NCBI GenBank assembly: GCA_902578495.1
Contig: CACHCY010000001.1
Coordinates: 262,132 to 326,131, forward strand
Reading direction: 5' to 3'
From: an uncultured SAR86 cluster bacterium
GTDB taxonomy: Bacteria; Pseudomonadota; Gammaproteobacteria; Magnimaribacterales; AG-339-G14
DNA: 64,000 bases
Position numbers and translations under genes: made by a program. Under the pieces are notes generated by a model. That model was not told the origin of the DNA. It saw nothing but the letters and a program-made list of their open reading frames with translations, and made no database searches. Of the stretch, positions 62,618-64,000 are shown piece after piece. Within the stretch, counting starts at the first letter, position 1, and the number at the start of each line of letters is the position of its first letter.

Positions 62618-63847
62618 ATGGATTATGTAGCTTATGCTGTCCCATTTTTCCTTCTCCTGATAGTTCTCGAGCTAGGTTATGGTTTTTTTATAAAAAAAAA
62701 TAATTATCGAATCTCCGATACATTAACGAGCTTATCTTTAGGTTCAATCAGTCAATACGTGCCAATTTTAAAATTGGGCTTTCAGGGAGCTGTATTTGCT
62801 TTCATCGCGGACTATTTTAGCTTGCCTTTGTTATCCAGTTCTTCATGGATAGTTTGGTTTGTAGCTTTTATTCTTTATGACCTTTGCTATTACTGGTTCC
62901 ATAGGATGCATCATGAAGTTAAAATTTTTTGGGCGAGTCATGTGGTTCATCATCATGGGGAAGAATTCAATTTATCTACAGCCCTAAGACAAACTAGTTC
63001 AGGTTTTTTGTGGAGCTGGATTTTCTACATACCTCTATTTATTCTTGGCATTCCTCCTGAGGTTTTTATCACTGTTGGATCTCTAAATCTTATTTATCAA
63101 TTCTGGGTTCATACTGAACATGTAAAAACTATAGGAATTTTCGAGTACATATTAGTAACTCCTTCAAATCATCGGGTGCATCATGCTCAGAATGAGGAGT
63201 ACATCGATTCTAACTATGGAGGAGTATTTATATTTTGGGACATTATTTTTGGTACTTTCATCGAGGAAAAAAAAGAAGTGAAACCAATCTATGGAACAGT
63301 CAAGCCTTTAAATAGCTGGAATCCAATTAAGGCTAATATAGATGTGTATTGGTTGATATTAAGAGACTCTTTTGCAACCAAAAGATGGGGAGATAAATTT
63401 AAGGTGTGGTTCTCAGATGCCAGATGGAGGCCAGATGATGTTTCAAAAAGATTTCCAGTTCAAAGAAATGACTTATCATCTTTTGTTAAATACGATCCAA
63501 AAATAGACGTTCTACAAAAAATTTATGCATTTTTTCAAATCTTTAGCCTAATAATTATTCCAAATTTCATTGTCACTGACTTAGATCAACAGACTTATTT
63601 TCAATCTTTAATTCTTATTGGTAACGCGGTGCTTTTTGTTACTTTCACTTTGATGTATCTGGAAGGAAAACAATACGCTTTGTGGATGGAATCTATCAGA
63701 TCAATATCTTTTATTATTCTTATTTTCTTCGGAGTGATTAAATTAAGTCTCCTCTCGGTTCAAATGTCAGGAATACATGCTCTTGTTTGTCTTTTATATT
63801 TAGCAATTGCTTTGCCTTTGAGAATCACTAAATTCCAATCTGCCTAA
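62618..63847 (+). CDS. Sterol desaturase / fatty acid hydroxylase family, alkylglycerol monooxygenase-like
   Basis: YYWFHRMHH, HVVHH, FNLSTALRQ, FWVHTE, PSNHRVHH, NYGG..IFWD..FGTF and a hydrophobic C-terminal extension. Confidence 0.88.
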   Translation: MDYVAYAVPFFLLLIVLELGYGFFIKKNNYRISDTLTSLSLGSISQYVPILKLGFQGAVFAFIADYFSLPLLSSSSWIVWFVAFILYDLCYYWFHRMHHEVKIFWASHVVHHHGEEFNLSTALRQTSSGFLWSWIFYIPLFILGIPPEVFITVGSLNLIYQFWVHTEHVKTIGIFEYILVTPSNHRVHHAQNEEYIDSNYGGVFIFWDIIFGTFIEEKKEVKPIYGTVKPLNSWNPIKANIDVYWLILRDSFATKRWGDKFKVWFSDARWRPDDVSKRFPVQRNDLSSFVKYDPKIDVLQKIYAFFQIFSLIIIPNFIVTDLDQQTYFQSLILIGNAVLFVTFTLMYLEGKQYALWMESIRSISFIILIFFGVIKLSLLSVQMSGIHALVCLLYLAIALPLRITKFQSA

Positions 63848-63851
63848 GTTT

Positions 63852-64000
63852 TTAGTGTGTTATCCAGATTGGAGAAGACCAAGCTCTTTCCTGAATTGTT
63901 GATTTTATATCTGATCTAGGAAGTTGATTACTTCTAATTGCGTCCCAAGTAGACCATCTGCAAACTGGGTTTTCTAAAACTCTAACGTAATAAAAGGCTT
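63852..64000 (-). CDS. DUF3604-like protein, C-terminal end only (partial)
   Basis: Manual translation ...AFYYVRVLENPVCRWSTWDA...TIQERAWSSPIWITH*. Confidence 0.8.
   Translation of the reverse strand, partial: AFYYVRVLENPVCRWSTWDAIRSNQLPRSDIKSTIQERAWSSPIWITH

Overview
AT-rich, very compact chromosome segment from a streamlined gammaproteobacterium. Gene order and content resemble marine SAR86-like lineages; that is an inference, not a database match. About 12.1-41.2 kb on the minus strand is the core translation/transcription supercluster: tRNA-Tyr, tRNA-Thr, tuf, tRNA-Trp, secE, nusG, rplKAJL, rpoBC, rpsLG, fusA, then the S10, spc and alpha genes. Flanking genes include smpB-ssrA, rpsT, rplU-rpmA-obgE-proB, fabAB, ssb/uvrA, birA, rnr-rlmB-lpxC-secA-argJ, coaE-yacG, peptidases, an MFS transporter, amtB and a small lipid-modification cluster. 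I found no mobile element, prophage, CRISPR array or defence system, and no clearly new multi-gene system. The most unusual signals are at the RNA level. (1) The TAG stop of the only tuf here shares 2 nt with the 5' end of mature tRNA-Trp, so RNase P processing would leave a stop-less EF-Tu mRNA ending CAA-U. (2) An unexplained ~92-nt rod-like hairpin occupies the slot where tRNA-Gly usually sits. (3) The RraA C-terminus is encoded antisense to tRNA-Thr(TGT). (4) A -10 box followed 6-7 nt later by ATG (leaderless layout) recurs, and two divergent pairs share a palindromic -10 box. (5) Most r-protein leaders and intrinsic terminators are absent.
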